A stretch of 64,000 bases of DNA from Patescibacteria group bacterium (GCA_041659765.1 JBAZXR010000001.1:387419-451418); one strand, 5' to 3'. Numbered from the stretch's first letter, positions 1 to 9,333 are shown. Translations and numbers: made by a program. Notes: generated from the sequence alone by a model not told the origin.

Positions 1-165
1 CCCCGTCATAACGCTCGGCCAAGGCCAAACCATTCTTACTCGTCGTGGACTGGGTTCCCACGGTAATCATCCCTACGCCGTTCTTGAGCGACCGTTCGAC
101 AACCTCGTCCATATCATCCTTGAAGGCCTGGAAGTGAACGTGGCAATGCGTGTCGATGAATTTCA
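1..165 (-). CDS. TatD-family metal-dependent hydrolase, N-terminal fragment (gene continues beyond window start)
   Basis: Reverse-strand translation from the ATG at 165 gives MKFIDTHCHVHFQAFKDDMDEVVERSLKNGV..., the characteristic TatD N-terminus (IDTHCH metal-binding motif). The reading frame is open to the window edge. Confidence 0.55.
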
Positions 166-173
166 TAGTGTTC

Positions 174-653
174 CTACAGGACGTTCATCTTCACGAGCGC
201 ATTTATAGCATTGGACACGGTATACGACTGCACAAAAGCATTTCTAATATCACTCTGCGGGAAAAAGTTCACCGTAGCAAAGGCAATAGCTAAGGCCACC
301 ATACCAGCTTCGACCGCGCCAACCGCAAAGCCCAGGATGCTGTTCAACATGCTAATCCCGGGAATAATTGAAAGTACTTTGCGAGCCAGATCAAGCAGCG
401 TGATCACGAAGCCCATCAGCTTCGTCAAAACCAGGGTCACCAGCAAAAAGACGATAATAAACAGAACGGGGTTACCGCTGAAATGCCAGCCGCTCACGCT
501 TTCAAACCAGGCCACCCCCCAGGTGGCGATAACCACGGAAACTGCCAAGGCAATCAGACTGCCAGCCATCTTAACAAAGCCCTTGTGCCAGCCCTGAAGA
601 CAGAGAAGGAGTGCAAGAACTGCGAAAACAATGTCGACAAAGATTGGTTGCAT
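174..653 (-). CDS. CvpA-family (colicin V production) integral membrane protein
   Basis: 159 aa with four hydrophobic helices, and its length and topology are typical of CvpA. The opposite-strand ORF 211..597 is a shadow. Confidence 0.5.
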   Translation of the reverse strand: MQPIFVDIVFAVLALLLCLQGWHKGFVKMAGSLIALAVSVVIATWGVAWFESVSGWHFSGNPVLFIIVFLLVTLVLTKLMGFVITLLDLARKVLSIIPGISMLNSILGFAVGAVEAGMVALAIAFATVNFFPQSDIRNAFVQSYTVSNAINALVKMNVL

Positions 654-723
654 AGGGGGTCATTCTGAGGAGCTCCGAGCGACGAAGAATCTGAATGGTA
701 ACCAATCAGATCCTTCACTACGT

Positions 724-2178
724 TCAGGATGACTGAACATCCTCTCGTTTCGGGAACAGTGGCTCGCCATGAATGAGCTTCTCCGTATTATAACGCTTTA
801 GAATCTCTTCACTCGTGGCAGGGATGACCGGAGCCAAAGCACTTGCTACCCAGCGGATCATGGCCGCTAGTTCTGCCAGGGACTTCTTTGCTGCCTCTGC
901 ATCCATTTTGACGAGTCTGAAGGGAGCCTCGACGTCGATTTTGTGATTGGCCGAGTCGATGACTGTCCAAACGTGCTCGATGTACTGTTTGAAGTTGTAT
1001 TCAGCGAGCGAGGCGTCGAGCGACTTGTCGAGCCCCGCATGGTCGAATACTGCCTCACCAACTACTCCTTCAAAATACTTGTTCGCCATGGCGGCTACGC
1101 GGCCGGCCAGGTTCCCCAGGTTGTTGGCTAGCTCGTTATAGCGTTCTTCCATGCGCATTTCTGAATAGTCACCGTCCGTGCCGGTTGGCATTTCGCGTAA
1201 CAAGAAATAGCGGACAGCATCCGTGCCGTATTTCGCGACAAGGTCCTTTGGATTAATCACGTTGCCGAGCGACTTGCTCATCTTCTGTCCGTTTACCGTG
1301 ATGAACGAGTGAATGAAGATCTGCTTGCTCATTGGTAGGCCAGCCGAAAGCAGCATGCCCTGCCACATCGCACTCTGCTGTCTCAAGTTGTCGATTCCGG
1401 CTACCTGGACACCGGGCCAGAATTTCTCGAAGTCGCCCTTCTTTGGCCAGTCGAGAGTTGAAATATAGTTTACCAGCGCATCGAACCAGACGTACATGAC
1501 GTGTTCCTCGTCACCCGGCACCGCAATGCCCCACGGCATCTTTTCTTTAAGGCGCGAGATGCTGAAATCGTTCAAACCGCCTTTCACGAAGTTTTTAATC
1601 TCGTTGAACTTTTCGTTCGGGATAACGAAATCTGGGTGTGCGGCGTAATGGTCGAGAATCGCCTTCTCATACTTTGACCAGCGGAAGAAATAGTTTTCTT
1701 CATCACGAAGTTCTATCTCCATCTTCGGGTGAACCGGGCATTTGCCGTCGACGAGGTCCGAATCTGTCTTTTCGAGCTCGCAACCAACGCAATATTTGGT
1801 CTGGTACTGCTTCTTATAAATGTCACCTGACGCATCACCACGCTTCCAAAATTCCTGCGCGGCTTCGATGTGTTTCTGGTCAGTCGTGCGAATGAAATGC
1901 GTGTACGTTAAGTTGAGCTGATCGCGCAGCTCGTGAAACTTGGCCGCGTACTCATCGCAATAGGCCTTTGGGTCTACGCCGAGTTCAAGAGCTTTCTTGT
2001 AAATCTTCTGGCCGTGCTCATCAGTACCAGTATTAAAAATCACCTTATCACCTTTTGCTCGGTGATACCGTGCGATCATGTCCGCCTGGATGATCTCAAG
2101 CGCAAACCCAATATGCGGATCGGCGTTGACGTACGGAAGTGTGGTGGTGATGTAGTAGTTTGGCATAAGTGATGTCAA
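724..2178 (-). CDS. metG: methionyl-tRNA synthetase
   Basis: A class I aaRS: the N-terminal Y-I-T-T-T-L-P-Y-V-N-A-D-P-H-I-G resembles the HIGH region, a KMSKS motif is present as KMSKSLGN, and CxxC knuckles (CVGC, CPVH) are present. Confidence 0.9.
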   Translation of the reverse strand: MTSLMPNYYITTTLPYVNADPHIGFALEIIQADMIARYHRAKGDKVIFNTGTDEHGQKIYKKALELGVDPKAYCDEYAAKFHELRDQLNLTYTHFIRTTDQKHIEAAQEFWKRGDASGDIYKKQYQTKYCVGCELEKTDSDLVDGKCPVHPKMEIELRDEENYFFRWSKYEKAILDHYAAHPDFVIPNEKFNEIKNFVKGGLNDFSISRLKEKMPWGIAVPGDEEHVMYVWFDALVNYISTLDWPKKGDFEKFWPGVQVAGIDNLRQQSAMWQGMLLSAGLPMSKQIFIHSFITVNGQKMSKSLGNVINPKDLVAKYGTDAVRYFLLREMPTGTDGDYSEMRMEERYNELANNLGNLAGRVAAMANKYFEGVVGEAVFDHAGLDKSLDASLAEYNFKQYIEHVWTVIDSANHKIDVEAPFRLVKMDAEAAKKSLAELAAMIRWVASALAPVIPATSEEILKRYNTEKLIHGEPLFPKREDVQSS

Positions 2179-2222
2179 AGTTTGTCCAGGATATCTAGGA
2201 CAAACACGGAGTTCAAGTAGCT

Positions 2223-2918
2223 TTAACGCTTGCCAACCACAACCACGAACTCTCCCTTCATACTCGTCTCCTTCAGGGCTTTCAGTACCTCAACAGCTGT
2301 TCCACGATATATTGTCTCATGTAACTTGGTCAGCTCGCGGCAAACCACGAGGGGCTTAGGGCAAGAGCTGAGGGACTCGAGGGCTTTTTCGATCCGATGA
2401 GTTGCTTCGTAAAATACTTGTACGTGGTCAGCCTCAATGACTTCACGGAAGAAGGTCTCTCTCCCCTTCTTGTGTGGTGGGAAGCCAAGGAAAGTGAAAC
2501 GGTCGAGCGGGAATCCAGAAATCGATAGCGCGGCAATAATTGCACTCGCTCCGGGGATTGGCGTTACGGTAATTCCGTTCGCCACCGCGTCGGCCACGAG
2601 GAATCCACCAGGGTCTGAGATAGCCGGCGTTCCCGCATCTGTGACGAGCGCGATCTTCTTGCCCTCAAGGAGCATCTCGACTATGTGCTTGCGCTTGAGC
2701 GGGTCCGTGTGTTCGTGAAAACTCATCGTGCTCGGCGTAATCTTGAGATGCGCCAAGAGTCGGCTGGTGACTCGAGTGTCCTCGCACAACACAAGATCGA
2801 CAGAACCAAGGATCTCCTTCGCGCGCGCAGAAATATCACCGAGGTTACCAATCGGCGTGGCGACAATGAAGAGCCTGCCCTGAGCAGGGTCGAAGGGTTG
2901 GCCTTTAGAATCCGACAT
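2223..2918 (-). CDS. rsmI: 16S rRNA (cytidine1402-2'-O)-methyltransferase RsmI
   Basis: 231 aa with LFIVATPIGNLGDISARA...LVLCEDTRVTSRLL...LVTDAGTPAISDPG, the tetrapyrrole-methylase fold signature of RsmI. Confidence 0.8.
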   Translation of the reverse strand: MSDSKGQPFDPAQGRLFIVATPIGNLGDISARAKEILGSVDLVLCEDTRVTSRLLAHLKITPSTMSFHEHTDPLKRKHIVEMLLEGKKIALVTDAGTPAISDPGGFLVADAVANGITVTPIPGASAIIAALSISGFPLDRFTFLGFPPHKKGRETFFREVIEADHVQVFYEATHRIEKALESLSSCPKPLVVCRELTKLHETIYRGTAVEVLKALKETSMKGEFVVVVGKR

Positions 2919-4176
2919 TTATTTCAGTTGGCGCTGGCGTAGGCGCTGGTATGTTTGCCTGATCGAACATTTCATCGCCCAGGAGCTTGGCCGTTGGGAA
3001 ATGAGAAACATAAGCGAAAGCAAAGTAGCGGGCGCTCGGGAAAATCTCCGCCAGCTGTTTGCCTTTAAGCTTACCCTTAATGCAGAGTCCTTCCGGAGTC
3101 CAACGAGAATCTGTTTCTTTGTCCTTGGTCTCGCCATTTTCCTTAATAAAGGTCAAGGTCCGGTCACCAATAGTTCGGTTGAACAGATGAACTTGGTTGT
3201 GCTCGCTCACGAACGCCACGTAATCAGCCTGACCAAAACCTGCCTCGGCTGAAAAGTAGTTTGGCTCTTTAACGAATGACAAGAACTTGGCCGTTGCCCC
3301 CACGTGCGTCTCACCGAACTGAAAATCCTGCACCACATCTTTTGAACCTAGACGAGTATCGGTTTTGTTAACCGGGAAAAAAAGCGAGGTATTCTTTTCG
3401 TAGTTGCCGTAAGGATGACGGCGGTAGTCACGAACAAAACCAGTTTCCGTAGACAGAGCCTCCCCATTGGGATTGGCCTTCTTCCAGGCATCCCAGGTCA
3501 TAACAACGCTTGAGTAACGAGTGAGTGACGTGGCGTGATCATGACCAGCGACGAGCGCGCCTGAAGCCTGGTCCCACAAATTCGTAGTAGTTGAGTCGTA
3601 AAATACCGGACAGTTGTTATAAACTTGGCCGTTGTCGCCAAAGTTTCTAGTGACGCCGTCCTCAACTACGCGGTCATAGACCACCGCGCTGCCACACAAG
3701 GGCGAGTACGAAACGAGCAACTCCCTATTGCCGAACTTGTCATTCACTATCTGGTGCCAGCTTAAAATTTGAAAAGAGTAAAACCGGTGCTGACCGTCTA
3801 CTTCAACATCAAGACCTTCCACCGTGTCATCCAATACTTCATCCGCCGTAGCTACCGAGACATACACAGGAGCGTTCAGGGCCGGGATACCATCCTTCCC
3901 CATGCCGTTGTCATAAAGTTCATCCGGCGGCACAAAATAGTTAACCCCGTTCTTCATGACCGGCGTGGAGTACGTGCCGCCCGCCACATTCGGCCAGCGT
4001 CCGTCAGCCGGCATAATAGACAAACGCCAAGCACGTACCGAAACTAGAAGCACGAGGACAATCAAACCGACAATTAAGGGGAGAAATTTTTGCAGCTGTT
4101 TCTTCATAGGAATGCATACAGAGTAATGGGAACTGAGTAAAACGTAAAGTGGTAAAGTATTGAAGCCTGAAATCAC
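2905..4176 (-). CDS. DUF3179 domain protein with N-terminal membrane anchor
   Basis: GKDGIPALNAPVYV...SYSPLCGSAVVYDR...NLWDQASGALVAGHDHATSL...WDAWKKANPNGEAL matches the DUF3179 consensus. The likely true start is MKKQLQKFLPLIVG near 4104. Confidence 0.6.
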   Translation of the reverse strand: MISGFNTLPLYVLLSSHYSVCIPMKKQLQKFLPLIVGLIVLVLLVSVRAWRLSIMPADGRWPNVAGGTYSTPVMKNGVNYFVPPDELYDNGMGKDGIPALNAPVYVSVATADEVLDDTVEGLDVEVDGQHRFYSFQILSWHQIVNDKFGNRELLVSYSPLCGSAVVYDRVVEDGVTRNFGDNGQVYNNCPVFYDSTTTNLWDQASGALVAGHDHATSLTRYSSVVMTWDAWKKANPNGEALSTETGFVRDYRRHPYGNYEKNTSLFFPVNKTDTRLGSKDVVQDFQFGETHVGATAKFLSFVKEPNYFSAEAGFGQADYVAFVSEHNQVHLFNRTIGDRTLTFIKENGETKDKETDSRWTPEGLCIKGKLKGKQLAEIFPSARYFAFAYVSHFPTAKLLGDEMFDQANIPAPTPAPTEINVGF

Positions 4177-4225
4177 TCCGTAGGCTTTACGGTTTACCCA
4201 TTAATACTTTATACTTACACAACCT

Positions 4226-4750
4226 ATGATCTCCATCAACAAATCGGCTCCTAGTTTTGAAAATGTGACCTCGTATACAAAGGGCGAATTCACTAAAACA
4301 AGCCTCAAGGATTACCAAGGCGGCTGGCTTATCTTATTTTTCTACCCACGTGACTTCACTTTTATCTGCCCTACGGAAATTAAGGGCTTCCAGAAAATGG
4401 AGGCAGACTTTGCCAAACTCGGTGCAAAGGTGGTCGGCGCGTCCACGGACTCTGAGTGGAGCCATAAAAACTGGTTCGAGAAAGACTTGCCAGAAGTCAC
4501 CTATCCTATCCTGGCTGATACCACGCAACGCGTCTCCAGAGACTACGGTGTGCTGAACGAAGATGACGGCAGCGCTGACCGCGGGCTATTCATCATTGAT
4601 CCAGAAGGAATTGTGAAGTACGCAGTGATTTCTGCTGGCTCTGTAGGCCGCTCGGTTAAAGAAGTTCTGCGAGTACTCGAGGCACTTCAGTCCGGCGAGC
4701 TGTGTCCTGTAGAATGGGAACCTGGCGAGAAGACACTCGGAAAAGCATAA
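4226..4750 (+). CDS. peroxiredoxin (AhpC/TSA family, 2-Cys type)
   Basis: FTFICPTEI peroxidatic-Cys motif and a C-terminal resolving Cys (GELCPVEWEPGEKTL). Confidence 0.85.
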   Translation: MISINKSAPSFENVTSYTKGEFTKTSLKDYQGGWLILFFYPRDFTFICPTEIKGFQKMEADFAKLGAKVVGASTDSEWSHKNWFEKDLPEVTYPILADTTQRVSRDYGVLNEDDGSADRGLFIIDPEGIVKYAVISAGSVGRSVKEVLRVLEALQSGELCPVEWEPGEKTLGKA

Positions 4751-4765
4751 TTTAGCTAATACTGG

Positions 4766-4815
4766 CTATATAAACAGAGAAACGGCTTGACAATAGGCCG
4801 TTTTTTTGATATACT
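4766..4815 (+). promoter_or_regulatory. peroxiredoxin terminator hairpin overlapping a near-consensus sigma70 promoter (TTGACA-N17-TATACT)
   Basis: AACGGC-ttgacaatag-GCCGTTTTTTT hairpin at 4781-4807. TTGACA lies at 4787-4792 and TATACT at 4810-4815 with a 17-nt spacer. Confidence 0.6.
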
Positions 4816-4819
4816 AATT

Positions 4820-5425
4820 CTTGTCGAATGTGGCGGTACGTAGACCAAGAGGGGCCCTGCCTCAACTAGCGAACACGCACCACACGTTAGGCACCCAAGC
4901 CAGGACCGCGAACCCCACGACCCTAACCGGAATTGTGCCCTCTGAAATTATGGGGGTGTGCGGTAGGAGCAAGGTACGCTGTTGGGAACGGCGATCGGAA
5001 CCTGGTGATTCTCTGCCAGACCGAACCTCAGACAACGAGTTAATACCTCGGGTCAGAGGTCAGATGATGAGATAGCAACGGAGGGTTCAAAAGCGCGCAG
5101 TAATTCAAAAACGCGCAGGACCCAGTCCAACCGGTGCGAACCGTGCTGGCCGGCCAAACCGACCAACAAGGAAGAGGACTAGGAAGCCGATGGTGGACGA
5201 GAGGACGCTCTCGTTAGGAAGCATCAGGCAACCGAAATATAAAAAGGCCGTGGATCCACGCACAGGCCAACGCGCACAAAAAATTAAACGCGCGTCTTGA
5301 CTCGCTCGTTACGTCCTAGGGTGACTTTCCAAGTTCGCCACCGCTGAGCTCGCTCGGCGATGACGGCTCGTAACGATCGCTTGATCCCCCACTTGCAAAC
5401 GATGCAAGGAGGGGGATTTCGCTTT
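4820..5425 (+). ncRNA. ~600-nt non-coding transcript of unresolved class (weak RNase P RNA-like motifs)
   Basis: No ORF of 60 aa or more for ~700 nt. It is bracketed by a strong promoter (4787-4815) and an intrinsic terminator (5384-5428). Internal segments GAACCCCACGACC and GGTGTGCGGTAGGAGCAAGG resemble RNase P RNA conserved regions (GAAACCCACGACC; GGTGCGGTAAGAGC...GGAGCAAGG) in the right order, but no convincing P4 helix was found. Confidence 0.4.
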
Positions 5426-5428
5426 TTA
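5384..5428 (+). terminator. intrinsic terminator for the non-coding transcript
   Basis: CCCCCACTTGCAAACGATGCAAGGAGGGGGA stem followed by TTTCGCTTTTTATA. Confidence 0.6.
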
Positions 5429-5439
5429 TAGATACGAGA

Positions 5440-5518
5440 ATAAATAAAAATAGTGTTGACGAGAAATTGTTAGGAGGTAATCCGACTCCAATTTCGAGAC
5501 AACACTATTTTTATTTAT
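5440..5518. repeat. 19-bp perfect inverted repeat with a 41-nt spacer; probable bidirectional terminator overlapping the pepA stop
   Basis: ATAAATAAAAATAGTGTTG (5440-5458) and CAACACTATTTTTATTTAT (5500-5518) are exact reverse complements. The loop contains an AGGAGGT element. Confidence 0.55.
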
Positions 5519-7014
5519 TCGAGATTCTGAACGTACTTGACGAGCGTCCCGACTCCGAATCCTGTTCCGCCTTTTCCAACATACGTCGACAGTGGTCTCT
5601 CGGCAAAAGCGGGGCCGGCGATGTCTAAGTGAACCCACGGCGTGTTGTCCTCCACAAACTCGGCCAAGAACAAACCAGCTGTCAGAGCTCCCCCGTAACG
5701 CGAAGTTGAAATGTTACGTAGGTCCGCCACCTCAGACTTAACAAGTGAGGCGTAGCGCTCAAAGAGTGGGAGCTCCCAGGTGCGCTCCCCCGCCTCTTCA
5801 GATGCGTCCAGAACTTCTTTCATGAGCTTCTTGTCATTCCCCATAGCTCCGGCTACTTCCTCCCCCAGCGCAGCGACTACAGCACCAGTCAGCGTAGCGA
5901 GGTCGATCATCGCGTCCGGCTTCACTTCGCGCTGAATGTACGTCATCGCGTCAGCCAGCGTGAGGCGACCTTCTGCGTCCGTATTCAGTACCTCGATTGT
6001 TTTTCCGTTCATCGATTTAACGACGTCTCCAGGCTTAGTCGAGTGTCCGCTTGGCATGTTCTCAGTGGCAGCGATAACGCCGTGGATGTTTACGCGTGGT
6101 TTCAATCTGGAAAGCGTAGCAAAAAAACCAAGCACGGCCGCTGCTCCCGCCATATCGCACTTCATGGTCATCATGCCGTCAGCAGGCTTGAGTGAAAGGC
6201 CACCCGAATCGAACGTCACACCTTTCCCGACAACAGTTACAGTCTTCTTTGAGGGTCTCGGCGATTTGTAAATCAGATGAATAAACTTTGGCTCTTGCCC
6301 ACTGCCTTTTGCGACAGATAAGTAAGACCCCATCCCGAGCTTCTCACATTCTGCAGCCTCGAGAATTTTTACGTCGACCATCTCGTTTGAGGACTTGGCA
6401 ATTTCGATCGCTGCGTCTGCAAGGAGTGAAGGTGTCATATGTCCTCCCGGCGTGTTCACGAGGTCACGAGCTACAGTCAACCCGTCGCACAACGTCTCGG
6501 CGTGTTCCACTGCCTTCCGCATGGCCAGTAACTGCCCACGTTCTTCCGTCGCGACTACGAACAGGTCGAGATGTTTATTGCTCGCTTCCTTCTTATACGT
6601 GTCGAACGAGTAGTCGCTCAGAATCGCAGCCGTTGCTGCGGCCTCTGCAATGGCTGACTTCGACAACTCCTTAGGCAAAATCAAACCAACAGACTTCATG
6701 CCGTTTTTTCTGGCCATGCCTGTAGCCATCCCAACGGCTTCACGAATGGCCTGGAGATTTGATGACTTCTTCTCCCCCAACCCGATCACAAGAATTGCGT
6801 CCGCATTGCCACCAACCGGGAGTTGGAGCGAAACCGTCTCGTACAGCTTCCCCGCAAATCCTGTCCGCTCAACAGACACCATGAATCTATCGACAAGTTC
6901 CGCCGGAATCCCCTTCACGTTCTTAATGCTAAAAGTCTTCCCGCCAAACACCGGAATAACAATCAGGTTCGCCTGACATGTTCCCGCCGTAGCCTTGAGG
7001 ACGTTGATCTGCAT
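5515..7014 (-). CDS. pepA: leucyl aminopeptidase, M17 family
   Basis: NTDAEGRLTLADA M17 signature, VGKGVTFDSGG, 499 aa. Confidence 0.85.
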   Translation of the reverse strand: MQINVLKATAGTCQANLIVIPVFGGKTFSIKNVKGIPAELVDRFMVSVERTGFAGKLYETVSLQLPVGGNADAILVIGLGEKKSSNLQAIREAVGMATGMARKNGMKSVGLILPKELSKSAIAEAAATAAILSDYSFDTYKKEASNKHLDLFVVATEERGQLLAMRKAVEHAETLCDGLTVARDLVNTPGGHMTPSLLADAAIEIAKSSNEMVDVKILEAAECEKLGMGSYLSVAKGSGQEPKFIHLIYKSPRPSKKTVTVVGKGVTFDSGGLSLKPADGMMTMKCDMAGAAAVLGFFATLSRLKPRVNIHGVIAATENMPSGHSTKPGDVVKSMNGKTIEVLNTDAEGRLTLADAMTYIQREVKPDAMIDLATLTGAVVAALGEEVAGAMGNDKKLMKEVLDASEEAGERTWELPLFERYASLVKSEVADLRNISTSRYGGALTAGLFLAEFVEDNTPWVHLDIAGPAFAERPLSTYVGKGGTGFGVGTLVKYVQNLE

Positions 7015-7073
7015 ATAGTGTATTTTTCGCGCATTTTTGGAGATTAGTCAACCCTTGTGTCTCTCCTATCTTT

Positions 7074-7442
7074 ATGATAGTGTTTACGGTTACTTTGGAG
7101 GTCCCCATGCTCCCCTTTTCAGCGTTCGTGCTCTCTACGCTCATTGTGGTAACTGCCTTAATAGATTTCTTCCTGCCACGCTCCACCTGTTTCAGGGAGT
7201 ACGTCATTGCCATCCGGGTGGCACTCTTAGTTCTTTCCGTCTTTACCGTCGCCATAGGTGGTCTGACAAAGGAGCAGATATACTTCACCATATCCTACAG
7301 CGCCATTCTCGGCGGTAATCTGCTGAGCCTGGCAACCGGGATCTATAGCTGGGTGCAGCCCCACGAGAAGTCCGCGCCAAACGGAAGGAAGTCCGTACCA
7401 GACGGAAAAAATGTTTTCGAGCCTCCAGGCAGTGACTCGTGA
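7074..7442 (+). CDS. hypothetical small membrane protein
   Basis: 122 aa with three predicted TM helices and no recognisable family. Confidence 0.3.
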   Translation: MIVFTVTLEVPMLPFSAFVLSTLIVVTALIDFFLPRSTCFREYVIAIRVALLVLSVFTVAIGGLTKEQIYFTISYSAILGGNLLSLATGIYSWVQPHEKSAPNGRKSVPDGKNVFEPPGSDS

Positions 7443-7490
7443 GCCGGCAGAACCACGCTGCCGGCAATTATTTTTAAAATATGCTAAGGC

Positions 7491-7518
7491 TTGACGAAAA
7501 TTTGGGTTACTGTATAAT
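7491..7518 (+). promoter_or_regulatory. sigma70 promoter with extended -10 (TTGACG-N16-TGTATAAT)
   Basis: TTGACG at 7491-7496 and TG-TATAAT at 7511-7518, upstream of a small basic ORF. Confidence 0.5.
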
Positions 7519-7544
7519 CCCGGCCATATTATTGGGTCGATTTT

Positions 7545-7682
7545 ATGCCACAACGACAACACACATCCCGCAAGGACCAGAACGCTATGTTCGCTGTTAA
7601 GCGAAAGGAGGCTGAGTTCCGCCGCCGCAAGCAGAAGGCCCTCCGTCTTGGAAAGCTGGAAGCGAAAGCCAAAGCAAAGTAA
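7545..7682 (+). CDS. small highly basic protein (45 aa; alternative 31-aa start at 7587 has an AAGGA SD)
   Basis: MPQRQHTSRKDQNAMFAVKRKEAEFRRRKQKALRLGKLEAKAKAK. It has its own promoter and a downstream hairpin with T-run (7688-7726). It is below the ORF-track cutoff. Confidence 0.35.
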   Translation: MPQRQHTSRKDQNAMFAVKRKEAEFRRRKQKALRLGKLEAKAKAK

Positions 7683-7781
7683 AAATGAACCGCCTATAGA
7701 CGAAAGTCAGGGCGGTTTTACTTTTGTGCGTCTTTTCGCTAAGGTAACGCGAGTTCATTCAACCCGTACACGGAGGCAATC

Positions 7782-8279
7782 ATGGTTACGCTTCCGTACT
7801 TCACGGACGTCCATTTTGATCAGGTCATGCGCCAAGAACTGCAAATGACCAGACTGGCACTGGCCTCAGAACGAAACATCATCTTCCGAACCTTTCCCTG
7901 TCTCATGGGTAATGAGTCACGGCGCGTCCTCAGAGACAAACGCTACCGCTTTCTCTGCTGGTTCATAGCCATGTGCGAACACTGGAATACGTGCGTCACC
8001 CTATGTTCGGAACTTGATGACATGGTCCGAGCGGATCTACTAGCCGAGAACGAGGACATAATGGTGGTGGCTCACGCGGTGTTCCAGCTCGAGGCATTAA
8101 AGCAAGCAGTCAGTACGCAAATCACGCTGGCTGAGCATTTGACCAGCGAGTTCGGTCCGATGGGCACAGCTCCCGCGACAAAAGGACGCCACGTCCGGAC
8201 AACCCACGTCAAAGAGCTCGCCATGTCACTCGAGCGAACCGCCGCTCGACTCCGCAAATTGTATCCTCATGGACCGTAA
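7782..8279 (+). CDS. hypothetical protein
   Basis: 165-aa ORF with no family recognised. Confidence 0.3.
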   Translation: MVTLPYFTDVHFDQVMRQELQMTRLALASERNIIFRTFPCLMGNESRRVLRDKRYRFLCWFIAMCEHWNTCVTLCSELDDMVRADLLAENEDIMVVAHAVFQLEALKQAVSTQITLAEHLTSEFGPMGTAPATKGRHVRTTHVKELAMSLERTAARLRKLYPHGP

Positions 8280-8313
8280 TCCGCCTTCCCAGCGCATGGG
8301 TCTGGCGGATTTT

Positions 8314-9333
8314 TTATAGCGCCTCTTTCAACCACTGTCCGTTTTCGAAAACAACCGTACCGTCGATCAGCACCCGCGTGACATCAGCAAAAACATCAAC
8401 GTGGAACTTTGAGTGCTTGCGCGAGAATCCCTCTTTTGCATAAATTGCATGTTTGCCACCGAGGGAGAAATGCACACCGCATTTACGCTCGTAGGTTCCA
8501 ATATCTGGCACCGTTCGCTCTTTAGTGAAGGCTCGGTTCAAACTGAGACCGAGCTCACGCAGGATAGCAATCTCTTCACGCACCTCTTCAAGGACTGCAT
8601 CAAATTCCGGTGTTGAATTTCTCGTGTCGACCACAACGCCATGCTCGACGATAATTTCAATAGGTTCAGGGGGAATATTCGTAAAGAAATGACGATCGCC
8701 AAACGCGTGCAGCTTTACCGAACCATTCACGTTCTCTAAGTTTTTTGGTTCAGTAAACACCTCGCCGATTGGGAACATGCCGCCCCAGTTTTTCATGCCG
8801 GAATAATCCCCCACGTTTAGCTTGGCATCTTCGAATGGTCCCTCGTAGCGGAGCTCGCATCCAGGAGACTCCACAACAATTTCTTTTGCGCTATCAACCT
8901 TCGCCTTGAGCTTTGAACCGACGCCTCGATAATAGTCCTTGTCGTAATGAAGCGAGTCTACGTAAATGCCGACGGTCTCGTCCGTATCCATGCGCGCCAG
9001 GTGCGGGTGCTCGATGACTTTCAGACCCTTCTTAAAAAGTTCGACCCGAATACGAAATTCGTTCAGACGAAAACTTCCAGACTGAATGAGGACGACAAGG
9101 TCGCCGGACTCAAGCGCCATCAATGATTCAACGATCTCCGTCGCGCGAAGCTCGTCAAAAAGAATATGCTCGGCAGCTGGCAAGGCTGATTTGTAGGCTT
9201 CAACAAGTACCTGGCTGAGCGCACACCCCTCATCAAAAACAACAATGGCCCTGTGTGATACGTCGTGTTCGAAAACGTCCCGCACGATGCCGAGGACGTT
9301 CTCTGCAGCTCTTTGTTGGAGGTCTTTTTCCAT
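8314..9333 (-). CDS. aminopeptidase, probable M29 (aminopeptidase T/AmpS-like) family
   Basis: 339 aa with a C-terminal HFSLGG...HVDVF...IDGTVVFENGQW pattern resembling the M29 metal-binding region. This is a tentative call. Confidence 0.4.
   Translation of the reverse strand: MEKDLQQRAAENVLGIVRDVFEHDVSHRAIVVFDEGCALSQVLVEAYKSALPAAEHILFDELRATEIVESLMALESGDLVVLIQSGSFRLNEFRIRVELFKKGLKVIEHPHLARMDTDETVGIYVDSLHYDKDYYRGVGSKLKAKVDSAKEIVVESPGCELRYEGPFEDAKLNVGDYSGMKNWGGMFPIGEVFTEPKNLENVNGSVKLHAFGDRHFFTNIPPEPIEIIVEHGVVVDTRNSTPEFDAVLEEVREEIAILRELGLSLNRAFTKERTVPDIGTYERKCGVHFSLGGKHAIYAKEGFSRKHSKFHVDVFADVTRVLIDGTVVFENGQWLKEAL

Noticed and set aside
211-668. Plus-strand ORFs 211..597 and 483..668
   Set aside because: They are shadows of the minus-strand CvpA-like membrane protein gene.
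4820-5425. tmRNA (ssrA) as the identity of the non-coding transcript
   Set aside because: No tRNA-like acceptor/T-arm (GGTTCGA...CCA) at the 3' end and no plausible tag-peptide ORF ending in ...AA-stop.
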